The notes under the pieces: generated by a model
What the model was told of the DNA's origin: nothing
What the model saw: the letters and a program-made list of their open reading frames with translations, nothing else
Database searches by the model: none
Part shown: positions 36,905 to 45,430 of the stretch, piece by piece
Layout of the letters: each line of letters opens with the position of its first letter
How positions within the stretch are numbered: position 1 is the stretch's first letter
Made by a program: the position numbers and the translations under genes
Source of the DNA: Erysipelotrichaceae bacterium
Lineage (GTDB): Bacteria > Bacillota > Clostridia > Oscillospirales > CAG-272
Assembly: GCA_963609805.1 (NCBI GenBank)
Contig: CAVDLN010000002.1
Coordinates: forward strand, 1 to 57,228
Direction of reading: 5' to 3'
DNA length: 57,228 bases

Positions 36905-38867
36905 TTGCAGTCGCCTCCTTCCGTCCTGCCGAAGCAGCGGCCGCCGCCCTGGCGGCAGATGCCTTGGCAGCCGCCGCGGCGTCCGCCGACATGGCTCCCG
37001 CGGCTGTTTCCATCTGGGAATCGTAAATTTCGCGGTACTCCTTGTTGTTCTGCAGCAGATCGGCATGCTTGCCCATACCGGTTATGCGCCCCTCGTTGAG
37101 CACCACAATGCAGTCCGCGTCCATAACCGACAGGATGCGCTGCGCGATAATGATTTTCGTCGTATCCTTCAGCTCGCCCTGCAGCGCCTGCCGGATGCGC
37201 GCCTCTGTCGCGGTATCCACGGCGGAGGTGGAATCGTCCAGAATCAGAATCTTCGGCTTGGCAAGCAGGGCGCGCGCTATGCACAGACGCTGCTTCTGTC
37301 CGCCGGATACGTTGGTTCCGCCCTGGTCGATGTCATGGGAGTACCCCTCCGGGAAGGAGCTTACGAATCCGTCCGCCTGCGCATCGGCAGCCGCCTTGCG
37401 CACTGTCTCATCGTCGGCTGTCTCGTCGCCCCAGAGCAGGTTGTCCCGCACGGTTCCGGAGAACAGCACGTTCTTCTGCAGCACCATGCCGATGCCGGCG
37501 CGCAGGTTGTGCAGGTTCCAGTCACGGACATTGACGCCGTCCACCAGAACCTCGCCCTCATCCGTGTCATACAGGCGGGGAATCAGGGAAACCAGCGTGG
37601 ACTTGCCGGATCCGGTCGATCCGATAATGCCGACGGTGGAGCCGGCGGGGATCTTCAGGTTGATGTCGTCCAGCACGCGCTCGGCGCTGTCCTTGTAGTA
37701 GCGGAAGGAGACATGGCGCAGCTCCACGCTGCCCTCCCGGACGGTCAGTTCCGGGTTTGCGGCTTTCGCGTCGGAAATATCCGGGACTTCCTCCATGACC
37801 TCACGGACACGGCGTCCGGAAGCCACGGCACGGGTCATCTGGATAAACAGCATGCTGACCATCATCAGCGAGTTCAGCACCTGCGTGATGTAGGTGATGA
37901 AGGAGGTCAGGTCTCCGGTGGACATACCGCCCGCCATAACCTGCTTTCCGCCGAACCACAGCACCGACAGCGTGGCGGCGTTCATGCACAGCGTCATCAG
38001 CGGGGACATGAAAATCATGAGCAGCCATGCCGACATGCCCGTTTTCTTCAGATCCGCGTTGGTGTTCTCGAATTTCCTGATTTCGTAGTCTTCCCGCACG
38101 AAGGACTTGACCACACGGACGTTGGTCAGGTTCTCCTGCACATTGGAGTTCAGTCCGTCCACGCGGCTCTGCACGGCGGTAAAGCGGGGCGCCGCCATCT
38201 TGATGAAAATCACAATGCCGACAGCCAGCACCGGAACGGCAACCGCCAGCACCAGCGACATATGCGTCCCCTTGTCGATATCCATGGAAATGACCATGAT
38301 CAGCGCGCCGATCAGCATGCCGGGCGCGCGCAGCGCCATGCGCAGCAGCGTATTGACGAAGTTCTGCAACTGCGTGACGTCGTTGGTCAGACGGGTGACC
38401 AGTGAACCCGTGCTGAAGCGGTCAATGTTGCGGAAGGAAAAGCTCTGCACCTTGCGGTAGATGTCGGCGCGCAGGTCGGCGGCGAAATTCACCGATGCCT
38501 TGGAGCCGAAGTAGGCGCCGCCCACGCCGCCTATCATCATGAGAATGGCGGTCAGAATCATGGCGACCGCAATCGCCGCGATAAAGGGCACATTCTCGGA
38601 GCTGTCCGTCATGCGGCTGCACAGATCATACAGCCAGCGGATGACGCCGGGGACGTTTTCGGTTTCTCCGCTGACGCCGAAGTCGATAATGTATGCCAGG
38701 AAGCGGGGCATAAGCACCTCTCCCAGCACCTCCACAATCATCAGGATAGGACCTGCAATGAAGTAGAACAGGTAGGGCTTTATGTACTTGCCCCAGTGCA
38801 GCCCGTCCGGAATGGCCGGGGTCTGCGTTTCGTTTTGCTTGTTCACGGGATACTCGCCGCCTTTCAT
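36897..38867 (-). CDS. ABC exporter permease/ATPase, degenerate-site half of a heterodimer
   Basis: GSTGSGKST, VSGGQKQR, but Walker B is ILILDDSTSAVD (Asp for the catalytic Glu) and the H-loop is IIAQRI. This is typical of heterodimeric multidrug-type exporters. Confidence 0.88.
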   Translation of the reverse strand: MKGGEYPVNKQNETQTPAIPDGLHWGKYIKPYLFYFIAGPILMIVEVLGEVLMPRFLAYIIDFGVSGETENVPGVIRWLYDLCSRMTDSSENVPFIAAIAVAMILTAILMMIGGVGGAYFGSKASVNFAADLRADIYRKVQSFSFRNIDRFSTGSLVTRLTNDVTQLQNFVNTLLRMALRAPGMLIGALIMVISMDIDKGTHMSLVLAVAVPVLAVGIVIFIKMAAPRFTAVQSRVDGLNSNVQENLTNVRVVKSFVREDYEIRKFENTNADLKKTGMSAWLLMIFMSPLMTLCMNAATLSVLWFGGKQVMAGGMSTGDLTSFITYITQVLNSLMMVSMLFIQMTRAVASGRRVREVMEEVPDISDAKAANPELTVREGSVELRHVSFRYYKDSAERVLDDINLKIPAGSTVGIIGSTGSGKSTLVSLIPRLYDTDEGEVLVDGVNVRDWNLHNLRAGIGMVLQKNVLFSGTVRDNLLWGDETADDETVRKAAADAQADGFVSSFPEGYSHDIDQGGTNVSGGQKQRLCIARALLAKPKILILDDSTSAVDTATEARIRQALQGELKDTTKIIIAQRILSVMDADCIVVLNEGRITGMGKHADLLQNNKEYREIYDSQMETAAGAMSADAAAAAKASAARAAAAASAGRKEATANG

Positions 38868-39391
38868 TCGCCGTCCGGCTCCCCGTCGGTCTCGGATTCA
38901 CCCGTGACCGCGCGCAGGTTGTCCGCCATGCGGCGGAGCATGCCGATCAGGGTTTCCATTTCCTCATCGGAAAAGCCCTTAAACGTAGCCTCGTCCATCT
39001 CCTCGAACAGACGGTGGCTTTCCTCCACCTTTTCCCTGCCCTTGTCGGTAACGAACAGGAAGTTGCGGCGGTTGTCCTTCTCATCCGCCTGGCGGGAAAT
39101 GCAGCCTCCCTTTTCCAGCGCCTTCACGGTAGCGGTAAGGGCGGCGGGGCTGATTTCCAGAATTCTCGCCAGATCCCTCTGGGATCCGATCCCGTCGTTG
39201 GCGGCAAGCGTCATGAGCATTCTGTGCTGGCTGTGGTGAAGACCCTGCTCCTCCACATGGCTCTCCACCTCACTGTGGTGCAGGCGCGTGACCAGCAAAA
39301 GAAGCCCCATGGCCTCCATTCTCGGGCTGCACGGCTCGCCGCCCTTCTCGCAGGGCTTGCAGGGGTCGCTGTTCTGATTTGTCTTTTTCAT
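38864..39391 (-). CDS. MarR family transcriptional regulator
   Basis: Winged-helix region QHRMLMTLAANDGIGSQRDLARILEISPAALTATVKALEKGGCISRQADEKDNRRNFLFVTDKG. ATGA overlap with the ABC gene. Confidence 0.88.
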   Translation of the reverse strand: MKKTNQNSDPCKPCEKGGEPCSPRMEAMGLLLLVTRLHHSEVESHVEEQGLHHSQHRMLMTLAANDGIGSQRDLARILEISPAALTATVKALEKGGCISRQADEKDNRRNFLFVTDKGREKVEESHRLFEEMDEATFKGFSDEEMETLIGMLRRMADNLRAVTGESETDGEPDGE

Positions 39392-39458
39392 CCTGTTCTG
39401 TGTGCTCCTTTCAAAAATAAAAGTCCGAACTGTGTAGTACTTTACATTTAACGCTTTA

Positions 39459-39486
39459 ATTATATCACGAATCGCCTGTTTGTCAA
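39459..39486 (-). promoter_or_regulatory. promoter of the marR-ABC operon
   Basis: Minus strand TTGACA (39486-39481), 16 nt, TATAAT (39464-39459). An imperfect palindrome TTAAAGCGTTAA lies just downstream. Confidence 0.65.
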
Positions 39487-39597
39487 GGGACTTCACAAAA
39501 AATTCATATTTTTCATGAAATCTCCCGACACGCCGGCATCGCCTTCCGCACACGCCGCACCTTACCGTAATTTTACACTTCCGATACGCCCCGATGA

Positions 39598-39626
39598 TTG
39601 CCGGCATGACTCGTTTTACATATAAT
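39598..39626 (+). promoter_or_regulatory. promoter of the MBL-like gene
   Basis: TTGCCG (39598-39603), 17 nt, TATAAT (39621-39626). Confidence 0.55.
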
Positions 39627-39666
39627 ACAGGTGTAAAATAAAAGAAGAATAAGGGAGGATGCGGAA

Positions 39667-40758
39667 ATGGTCAAAATGAAAATAGCGGGCGGCTGCGGAG
39701 AGAACGGAAGAAGCTGCTGCCTTGTGGATACCGACTGCCGCGGGGCGGCCTTTCTGGTGGACTGCGGTCTGTCACCGGACGGCGGATTTCCGCGTCTTTG
39801 CGACGGGGAGATTTCCCGTGTCGGCGCCGTGTTCCTGACGGACTCCGTGCCGGAGCGCGCGGGGGCCCTGCCGTGGCTGGAGTCACATGGCTTTGACGGG
39901 CAGGTGATCGCGTCCGCATGCACCCTGCAGCAGCTCCCGCACCGGCCCGCACACCCCGTCCCGCTGGAGCGGCTGTGCGGCGGACGGCGGAACGGCTCTC
40001 TCGGCCGCCTGTCGTTTACCTACGGACGGAGCGGACAGAGCACCGGCAGCGTCTGGTACCGGTTCAGTCTGGAGGGGAAATCCCTGTTGTTCTCCGGCGG
40101 CTATACCGAGGACAGCTTCCTGTATGCCTGCGACCCCATCCGCGATACCCGCGCGGACGCCGCCGTGCTGGACTGCGCCTGCGGCTACCGGACGGTGTCC
40201 TTTGAGGCGGATTGCGAGGCATTGATTGACGCCGTGCGCGAACTGAGGAAGCAGCACGGCATGCTGCTGCTTCCGGCTCCCCCTGCCGGCCGCGGTGCGG
40301 AGCTGCTGTACCTTCTGCACACCGCTTTCCCCGCATGGCGGTTTGCCTTTGACCGCCGCTTTGCGGAGCAGCTGCGCCGCATGCCCGCGCAGTCTGACCG
40401 GTTCAGGCGCACCGTACGTCTGCCCGCCCGCACGACGGGACTGTACGATCCGCCCGCGGGATGCGCGGGCCGCCGTGCCGACGCGGTATTCGTCTCGGAT
40501 GCGTCGCTGACCCTGCCGGAGGACCGGGACATAGCGGACACGGTGCTGCAGGGCGGAGGCATCGCCGTCCTGACCGATACGCCGGCTCCCGGCACCCGCG
40601 CCGCCTCCCTGCTGGCGGAGGGACGCGCGGTTCTGCTGCCGCTGCCCACCCACTCCGATATGGTGCACTGCAGCCGTCTCTCCCGGCTCAACCGGTTTGA
40701 ACGCGTGATTCCCGCCATGACGCAGGATATCTCCTCGGAGCTTGAATTCGTCGTCTGA
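39667..40758 (+). CDS. MBL-fold / beta-CASP-like protein with degenerate metal-binding motifs
   Basis: Overall layout matches beta-CASP RNases (LVDCG...; FSGG...; PTHSD). However, HxHxDH is replaced by DSVPER, GHxxGS by GQSTGS, and SGD by SGG. GGGAGGA lies 7 nt before the ATG. Confidence 0.6.
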   Translation: MVKMKIAGGCGENGRSCCLVDTDCRGAAFLVDCGLSPDGGFPRLCDGEISRVGAVFLTDSVPERAGALPWLESHGFDGQVIASACTLQQLPHRPAHPVPLERLCGGRRNGSLGRLSFTYGRSGQSTGSVWYRFSLEGKSLLFSGGYTEDSFLYACDPIRDTRADAAVLDCACGYRTVSFEADCEALIDAVRELRKQHGMLLLPAPPAGRGAELLYLLHTAFPAWRFAFDRRFAEQLRRMPAQSDRFRRTVRLPARTTGLYDPPAGCAGRRADAVFVSDASLTLPEDRDIADTVLQGGGIAVLTDTPAPGTRAASLLAEGRAVLLPLPTHSDMVHCSRLSRLNRFERVIPAMTQDISSELEFVV

Positions 40759-40786
40759 CGGTTCGGACTCCCCGCGTGTTTCACGT

Positions 40787-40836
40787 GAAAAGAGGGTAGG
40801 AAAAAACTCGAAATGAGTTTTTCCTACCCTCTTTTC
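40787..40836. terminator. long near-perfect inverted repeat / bidirectional terminator
   Basis: GAAAAGAGGGTAGGAAAAAACTC, loop GAAAT, GAGTTTTTCCTACCCTCTTTTC. Sits between convergent genes. Confidence 0.75.
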
Positions 40837-40856
40837 TATGTCTCGTCTCTCTTCTC

Positions 40857-42041
40857 TCATCTGTCCCCGCGCACGCCCCGCCTCAGACGGGACAGGCCGT
40901 CCTCCAGCACGGCGGGCGGGCAGGCGATATTCATGCGGAGAAATTCCGCCCCGTTTCCGCGGTAGACAGAACCGGCGGACAGGTACAGTCCCGTTTTCGC
41001 CCGTATGGCGGCGGCATAGGCAGCGGAATCCTCCGTCACGGCGGAGCAGTCCAGCCACAGCAGGTAGGTCGCCTCGGAGGGAACGACGCGGATCTCCGGG
41101 ATTTCCTCCCGCACGAAGGCCTCCACCCGTTCCCGGTTTGCCTGTATCCTCCCGCGCAGCGCATCCAGCCAGCCGCCGCCGCGTGTGAAGGCGGCAATGG
41201 CGGCATCCACGGCGAAGGCGTTCGGCTCGGCGACCTCGTCGGTATTCAGCGCGCGCCGCACCCGATTGCGCAGGTGCTCATCCGGCACCATGACGGCAGC
41301 CGTGTGCAGGCCGGCAATGTTGAACGCCTTGGTGGGCGCGATGCAGGTCACGCTTATATCCCGGCACTCGTCGGACACCGACGCGAAGGGGACATACGCC
41401 CTGCCCGGGGCGGTCAGGTCGCAGTGGATTTCGTCCGACAGCACCGTCACGCCGTGCGCGCGGCACAGCGACCCGATGCGCGCCAGCGTCTCCCTGTCCC
41501 ATATTTTCCCGACCGGGTTATGCGGATTGCAGAGAATCAGCAGCGTCGCCTGCGGATCGGACAGGCAGGCCTCCAGACGGTCAAAGCTGACGGAATACGC
41601 CATTGTCTCCGAGTCGTACTCCAGCGGGCACTCCAGCGGCACCCGCCCGTTGTTCAGCACCGAATTGAAAAAGATATTGTACACAGGCGTCATCAGCACG
41701 ACCTTTTCGGCGGGCGTGGTCAGCTTGCGCACGACAGAGGACACGGCGGGAATCACGCCGGTGCAGAAAATCAGCCACTCGGGATTGATATGCAGGCCGT
41801 GGCGGCTCTCCCACCAGCCGACGTAGGCACCCGCCCACGCATCCGGCAGCATCGTGTAACCGTAAATGCCGTGCGCGGCGCGGCGTTCAATCGCCTCCCG
41901 GACGGCGGGCGCGGTCTCGAAATCCATGTCCGCCACCCACATGGGCAGCTCTCCCGGCGCGACGTCCCATTTTTCGGATCCCGTCCCGCTGCGGTCTATG
42001 ACGCTTTCAAAGTCGAATGTTCCGCCGGACTCCTTACTCAT
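40857..42041 (-). CDS. patB: MalY/PatB family PLP-dependent C-S lyase (cystathionine beta-lyase-like)
   Basis: DFESVIDRSGTGSEKWD...MWVADMDF...; aminotransferase class I/II fold. ATG 42041 overlaps the upstream stop. Confidence 0.85.
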   Translation of the reverse strand: MSKESGGTFDFESVIDRSGTGSEKWDVAPGELPMWVADMDFETAPAVREAIERRAAHGIYGYTMLPDAWAGAYVGWWESRHGLHINPEWLIFCTGVIPAVSSVVRKLTTPAEKVVLMTPVYNIFFNSVLNNGRVPLECPLEYDSETMAYSVSFDRLEACLSDPQATLLILCNPHNPVGKIWDRETLARIGSLCRAHGVTVLSDEIHCDLTAPGRAYVPFASVSDECRDISVTCIAPTKAFNIAGLHTAAVMVPDEHLRNRVRRALNTDEVAEPNAFAVDAAIAAFTRGGGWLDALRGRIQANRERVEAFVREEIPEIRVVPSEATYLLWLDCSAVTEDSAAYAAAIRAKTGLYLSAGSVYRGNGAEFLRMNIACPPAVLEDGLSRLRRGVRGDR

Positions 42042-42904
42042 ACGCCGTCTCCCGTTCTCTTTTCGATTCTGTCGCAGACGATCTGCGTCCGCGCGGGGTC
42101 GATGCGGCTGCTCTCCAGAATCAGCTCGCCGATCTCGTCCGCCGCAATGCTGCCTCCCGCCGGGTTCTTGATGCTCTCCGCGCGCCCGCTCAGCTCCGCC
42201 TGCACCGTCGAATACTCGAAGGCAAGCGTCGTATTCAGAAGGCGGCAGTTCCGCATGACAAGCCCGTCCACATAGCACATGCCCTGCAGGCTCTCCACCG
42301 TGCAGTTCACCAGCGTCAGGTTGTGCGCGTTCCAGCCAAGATACTCTCCCGATATAAAGGAATCGTACACCGTGACGTTGCGGCTGTTCCAGAAGGCATC
42401 CTTGGACAGCAGGCGCGAGGAGCGTATGACCACATTCTCCGCGCCGTCAAAGGAATAGTTTCCGTACAGCGTCAGGCCGTCCACCGTCATGTCGCGGCTG
42501 TTCATGGCGAAATAGTCGCCCTTGGCCGTGACGCCGTCCAGCACGACCCCCGTACAGTTCCACAGCGTTTCGGCGGCATTCGGGAAGGACACGCGGCGCA
42601 GCACCAGCTCCCGGCAGCGCCGGAAATTCTTGGGCGCCTCAATGGCGCAGTCCTCCGCCGTGACGCGGTCGGAATACCACACCCCGGCGCGCGCCATCTC
42701 AAACCACGTGCACTTCCGCGCGATGATGTCGGTGCAGTACCACAGCGGGTACTTCCACTTGAACATGCAGCCGTCCAGCGTGATGTTCCGGCTTTCCTTC
42801 AGCGGGGACTCCCCGTCCTCAAAGATGCTGTCGCGGAGTTCGAGTCCGTCCGAGGAAAACAGGGCGCGCTCCCCGGTAAATATTTTCTGATCGTATTGCT
42901 CCAT
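42038..42904 (-). CDS. DUF3737 family protein (beta-helix repeats)
   Basis: FTGERALF..., repeated NxTLxxC/V segments, 288 aa. Family call is from memory of DUF3737 proteins. Confidence 0.6.
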   Translation of the reverse strand: MEQYDQKIFTGERALFSSDGLELRDSIFEDGESPLKESRNITLDGCMFKWKYPLWYCTDIIARKCTWFEMARAGVWYSDRVTAEDCAIEAPKNFRRCRELVLRRVSFPNAAETLWNCTGVVLDGVTAKGDYFAMNSRDMTVDGLTLYGNYSFDGAENVVIRSSRLLSKDAFWNSRNVTVYDSFISGEYLGWNAHNLTLVNCTVESLQGMCYVDGLVMRNCRLLNTTLAFEYSTVQAELSGRAESIKNPAGGSIAADEIGELILESSRIDPARTQIVCDRIEKRTGDGV

Positions 42905-42930
42905 GAGTTTTTCTCCGAATATGTTATCCT

Positions 42931-43359
42931 TTACACTTTTCCGTCCAGCAGATCCTGCACGGTGACGGCGGACAGGTAGTCCACCACACGCCGCTCCAGC
43001 TCCTTCCAGAGAGGGAGCGTGAGGCAGCTGCCGGCGCGGCTGCAGGTGCATCCGACGGACGGGTCATAGTCCTCAAGACAGGTGACGGGCGCCAAAGACC
43101 CCTCCGTCAGGCGGATAATTTCGTATACGGGTATGTCGGCGGCGGGCCGGGAGAGGCGGTAGCCCCCCTGTACGCCGCGCTGGCTCACCAGTATGCCGCC
43201 CTTCTGCAGAAGGGCGGCGATGGATTCCAGATACTTGACAGAGACTTCCTGCCGCTCTGCCACGGACTTGAGGGAAACGCAGCCGTCCCCGGCGTGCTGT
43301 GCCAGATCCAGCGCGACGCGCAGGGCGTACCGTCCCTTTGTGGATATAAGCATACGCAA
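42931..43359 (-). CDS. Rrf2 family transcriptional regulator (IscR/CymR-like), Cys-rich C-terminal part
   Basis: STKGRYALRVALDLA..., GGYRLSRPA, then CLEDYDPSVGCTCSRAGSC (possible Fe-S ligands). Confidence 0.88.
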   Translation of the reverse strand: MRMLISTKGRYALRVALDLAQHAGDGCVSLKSVAERQEVSVKYLESIAALLQKGGILVSQRGVQGGYRLSRPAADIPVYEIIRLTEGSLAPVTCLEDYDPSVGCTCSRAGSCLTLPLWKELERRVVDYLSAVTVQDLLDGKV

Positions 43360-43383
43360 CCTCCGGGTAAACCCGGACGCCGG

Positions 43384-44679
43384 TCAGGGCGTCAGGCGGT
43401 TCGGGCCGCGGAACAGGTACTCCGCCTCCTTGATGGACAGACCCAGGAAGAGCATGGTCAGGCGGTCAAGACCCAGACCGAAGCCGCCGTGCGGCGGGCA
43501 GCCGTAGCGGAAGAACTGCAGATAGAAGGCGACATCCTGTCCCAGACCCTTCTCGTCCGCCTGCTTTTTCAGAATCTCGTAGCGGTGCTCGCGGACGGCG
43601 CCGGTCGTGATCTCGCAGCCGCGCCAGATAAGGTCATAGCCCATCGGTACGCCGCGCTCGTCCCGCATATGGTAGAACGCGCGCTCGGCGGCGGAGTAAT
43701 CCGTCACGAACAAAAATTCGCTGCCGTACTTCTCCTTGGAGAAACGCGCGCACAGGTGCTCCGCCTCGGTGGTCAGGTCGCCCTTGGCGTCGTCCGGAAC
43801 CGTATAGCCGTACCGCTCCTCCAGCTCGCGGTACAGATCCGCCAGCGCGATGCGCGGGAACGGGACGGTCGGCACCGTAACGGCCTTATCCTCGCCGAAC
43901 AGGCGGACGATATCCTCGCCGTGCGCCTCCTTCACCTTGGCGAAGGCATACGCCAGCAGCTCCTCCTCCATGTGCATGACGTCCTCACAGCTGTACACAT
44001 AGGAAAACTCCAGATCGAAGCAGGAAAATTCGGTCGCGTGCTTGTTCGTGTAGGATTTCTCGGCGCGGAAGACCGGGCCCGTCTCGAAAATGCGCTCAAG
44101 ACCGGACGCCATTGCCATCTGCTTGTAGAACTGCGGCGACTGCGCCAGATACGCCTTGGTGTCGAAATACTTGACCTCGAACACCTCGGAGCCGGACTCG
44201 GAGGCGGCGGCGATCAGCTTGGGCGTATGGATTTCCACGAAATCGCGCGCCAGCAGAAACTCGCGCAGGGCGGATGTCAGGGTGGTCTGCAGGCGTATCA
44301 TGAGCTGATTCTGCTCCCGCCGCAGGTCGATCCAGCGGTAATCCATGCGGGCGTCTATGTCGCTGTCGTCCTTGATGGGCAGTGCCTCGGCGATCGACTC
44401 AATGCGCATCGTGTCGGGCAGCATCTCCATGCCTCCCATCTTGACGTACTCATTGGCGACGACCTCGCCCTCCACCGTAACGACGGAATCCAGCGTCAGC
44501 TGATCCACCAGTGCCGCCAGCTCGGCGTTCTTTTCCTTCTCGACCGTGACCTGCAGCTTGCCGGAAATGTCGCGGATGACAAGGAAGGCCATTTTCTTCT
44601 TGTTCCGCAGGTTCTCGACAAAGCCGGAAATGCGGCAGCGCGTGCCGGGGACAACCGCGGCTATTTTGGTTCTTTCCAT
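43384..44679 (-). CDS. aspS: aspartate--tRNA ligase, archaeal/type 2 form
   Basis: OB-fold N-terminus, class II motifs FRAE...(motif 2) and GGFGLGLDRL (motif 3), C-terminal ...PNRLTP. About 431 aa from ATG 44679. Confidence 0.85.
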   Translation of the reverse strand: MERTKIAAVVPGTRCRISGFVENLRNKKKMAFLVIRDISGKLQVTVEKEKNAELAALVDQLTLDSVVTVEGEVVANEYVKMGGMEMLPDTMRIESIAEALPIKDDSDIDARMDYRWIDLRREQNQLMIRLQTTLTSALREFLLARDFVEIHTPKLIAAASESGSEVFEVKYFDTKAYLAQSPQFYKQMAMASGLERIFETGPVFRAEKSYTNKHATEFSCFDLEFSYVYSCEDVMHMEEELLAYAFAKVKEAHGEDIVRLFGEDKAVTVPTVPFPRIALADLYRELEERYGYTVPDDAKGDLTTEAEHLCARFSKEKYGSEFLFVTDYSAAERAFYHMRDERGVPMGYDLIWRGCEITTGAVREHRYEILKKQADEKGLGQDVAFYLQFFRYGCPPHGGFGLGLDRLTMLFLGLSIKEAEYLFRGPNRLTP

Positions 44680-44731
44680 AGTAGTGTTTTTCCTTTCGCT
44701 TGCGTATATATGGTAGGATACTGCGGGGACA

Positions 44732-45295
44732 TCAGCCGAGCGGGTTTCCGTCGGCGTCGAACAGGGGCAGCTTTTCGATGAAGACAAGATCCTTCCGGTT
44801 GGCGGCGTCGCCCTCCGCCAGAATGCAGGCGCGTCCGCAGACGGTTCCGCCGGTCTCGCCGACCAGCTTTTCCAGCGCGCGCAGCGACTCGCCGGTGGAG
44901 ATTACGTCATCCACGATCAGGATGCGCTTGCCCTTCATGCGGGCGGCGTCCTCCCCGTCCAGATACAGGTGCTGTTCCCGTTCCGTTGTGATGGAGTGCA
45001 CAGCCACATCCAGAATATTGCGCATATACAGCTTGGGGCCCTTGCGCGCCAGCATATACCGGCGGTTTCCGGCAAGGCGCGACATTTCGTGCGCCAGCGG
45101 GATACCCTTTGCCTCGGCGGTAATGATGTAATCATAGTCCGGGACGCGGCGCAGAAGCTCCTCGGCGCAGGCGGTGGTCAGCTCGGGATCGCCGAAAATG
45201 ACGAACGCGCCGATCATCAGGTGATCGTTCAGGGGGCAGAGCGGCAGGTCGCGCTCGCAGCCCAGAATATTCATGTGGTAGTATTTCTGTTCCAT
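44732..45295 (-). CDS. type I phosphoribosyltransferase family protein (Apt/Xpt-like)
   Basis: PRPP-binding loop RILIVDDVISTGES. 187 aa. Confidence 0.75.
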   Translation of the reverse strand: MEQKYYHMNILGCERDLPLCPLNDHLMIGAFVIFGDPELTTACAEELLRRVPDYDYIITAEAKGIPLAHEMSRLAGNRRYMLARKGPKLYMRNILDVAVHSITTEREQHLYLDGEDAARMKGKRILIVDDVISTGESLRALEKLVGETGGTVCGRACILAEGDAANRKDLVFIEKLPLFDADGNPLG

Positions 45296-45430
45296 GGTGA
45301 TGTTCCTTTCTTGCTTGACGGTGAGGGGAGATAAGACCGCTCCCCCGGCGGCACATTATTTTTTGAGGGCGGATCAAAGCATTCGACGCCGGGACACGGA
45401 TTTTTCCCGAAATATTTAAATCATTGTTTC

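Noticed and set aside
34754-37099. 781-aa plus-strand ORF (with similar cases at 5546-7192, 51367-53319, 8022-9317 and 18454-19929)
   Set aside because: All are antisense shadows of strongly supported minus-strand genes (ABC exporters, aroC/aroE, the ABC-2 system, pheA, yloV). They have Arg/Gly/His-rich, low-information sequences.
45296-45430. Purine (guanine/adenine) riboswitch expected upstream of an Xpt/Apt-like phosphoribosyltransferase
   Set aside because: The 135-nt region lacks the conserved purine-riboswitch loops (UAUAAU...UGG... / ...CCGUAAA...). Only generic small hairpins were seen.
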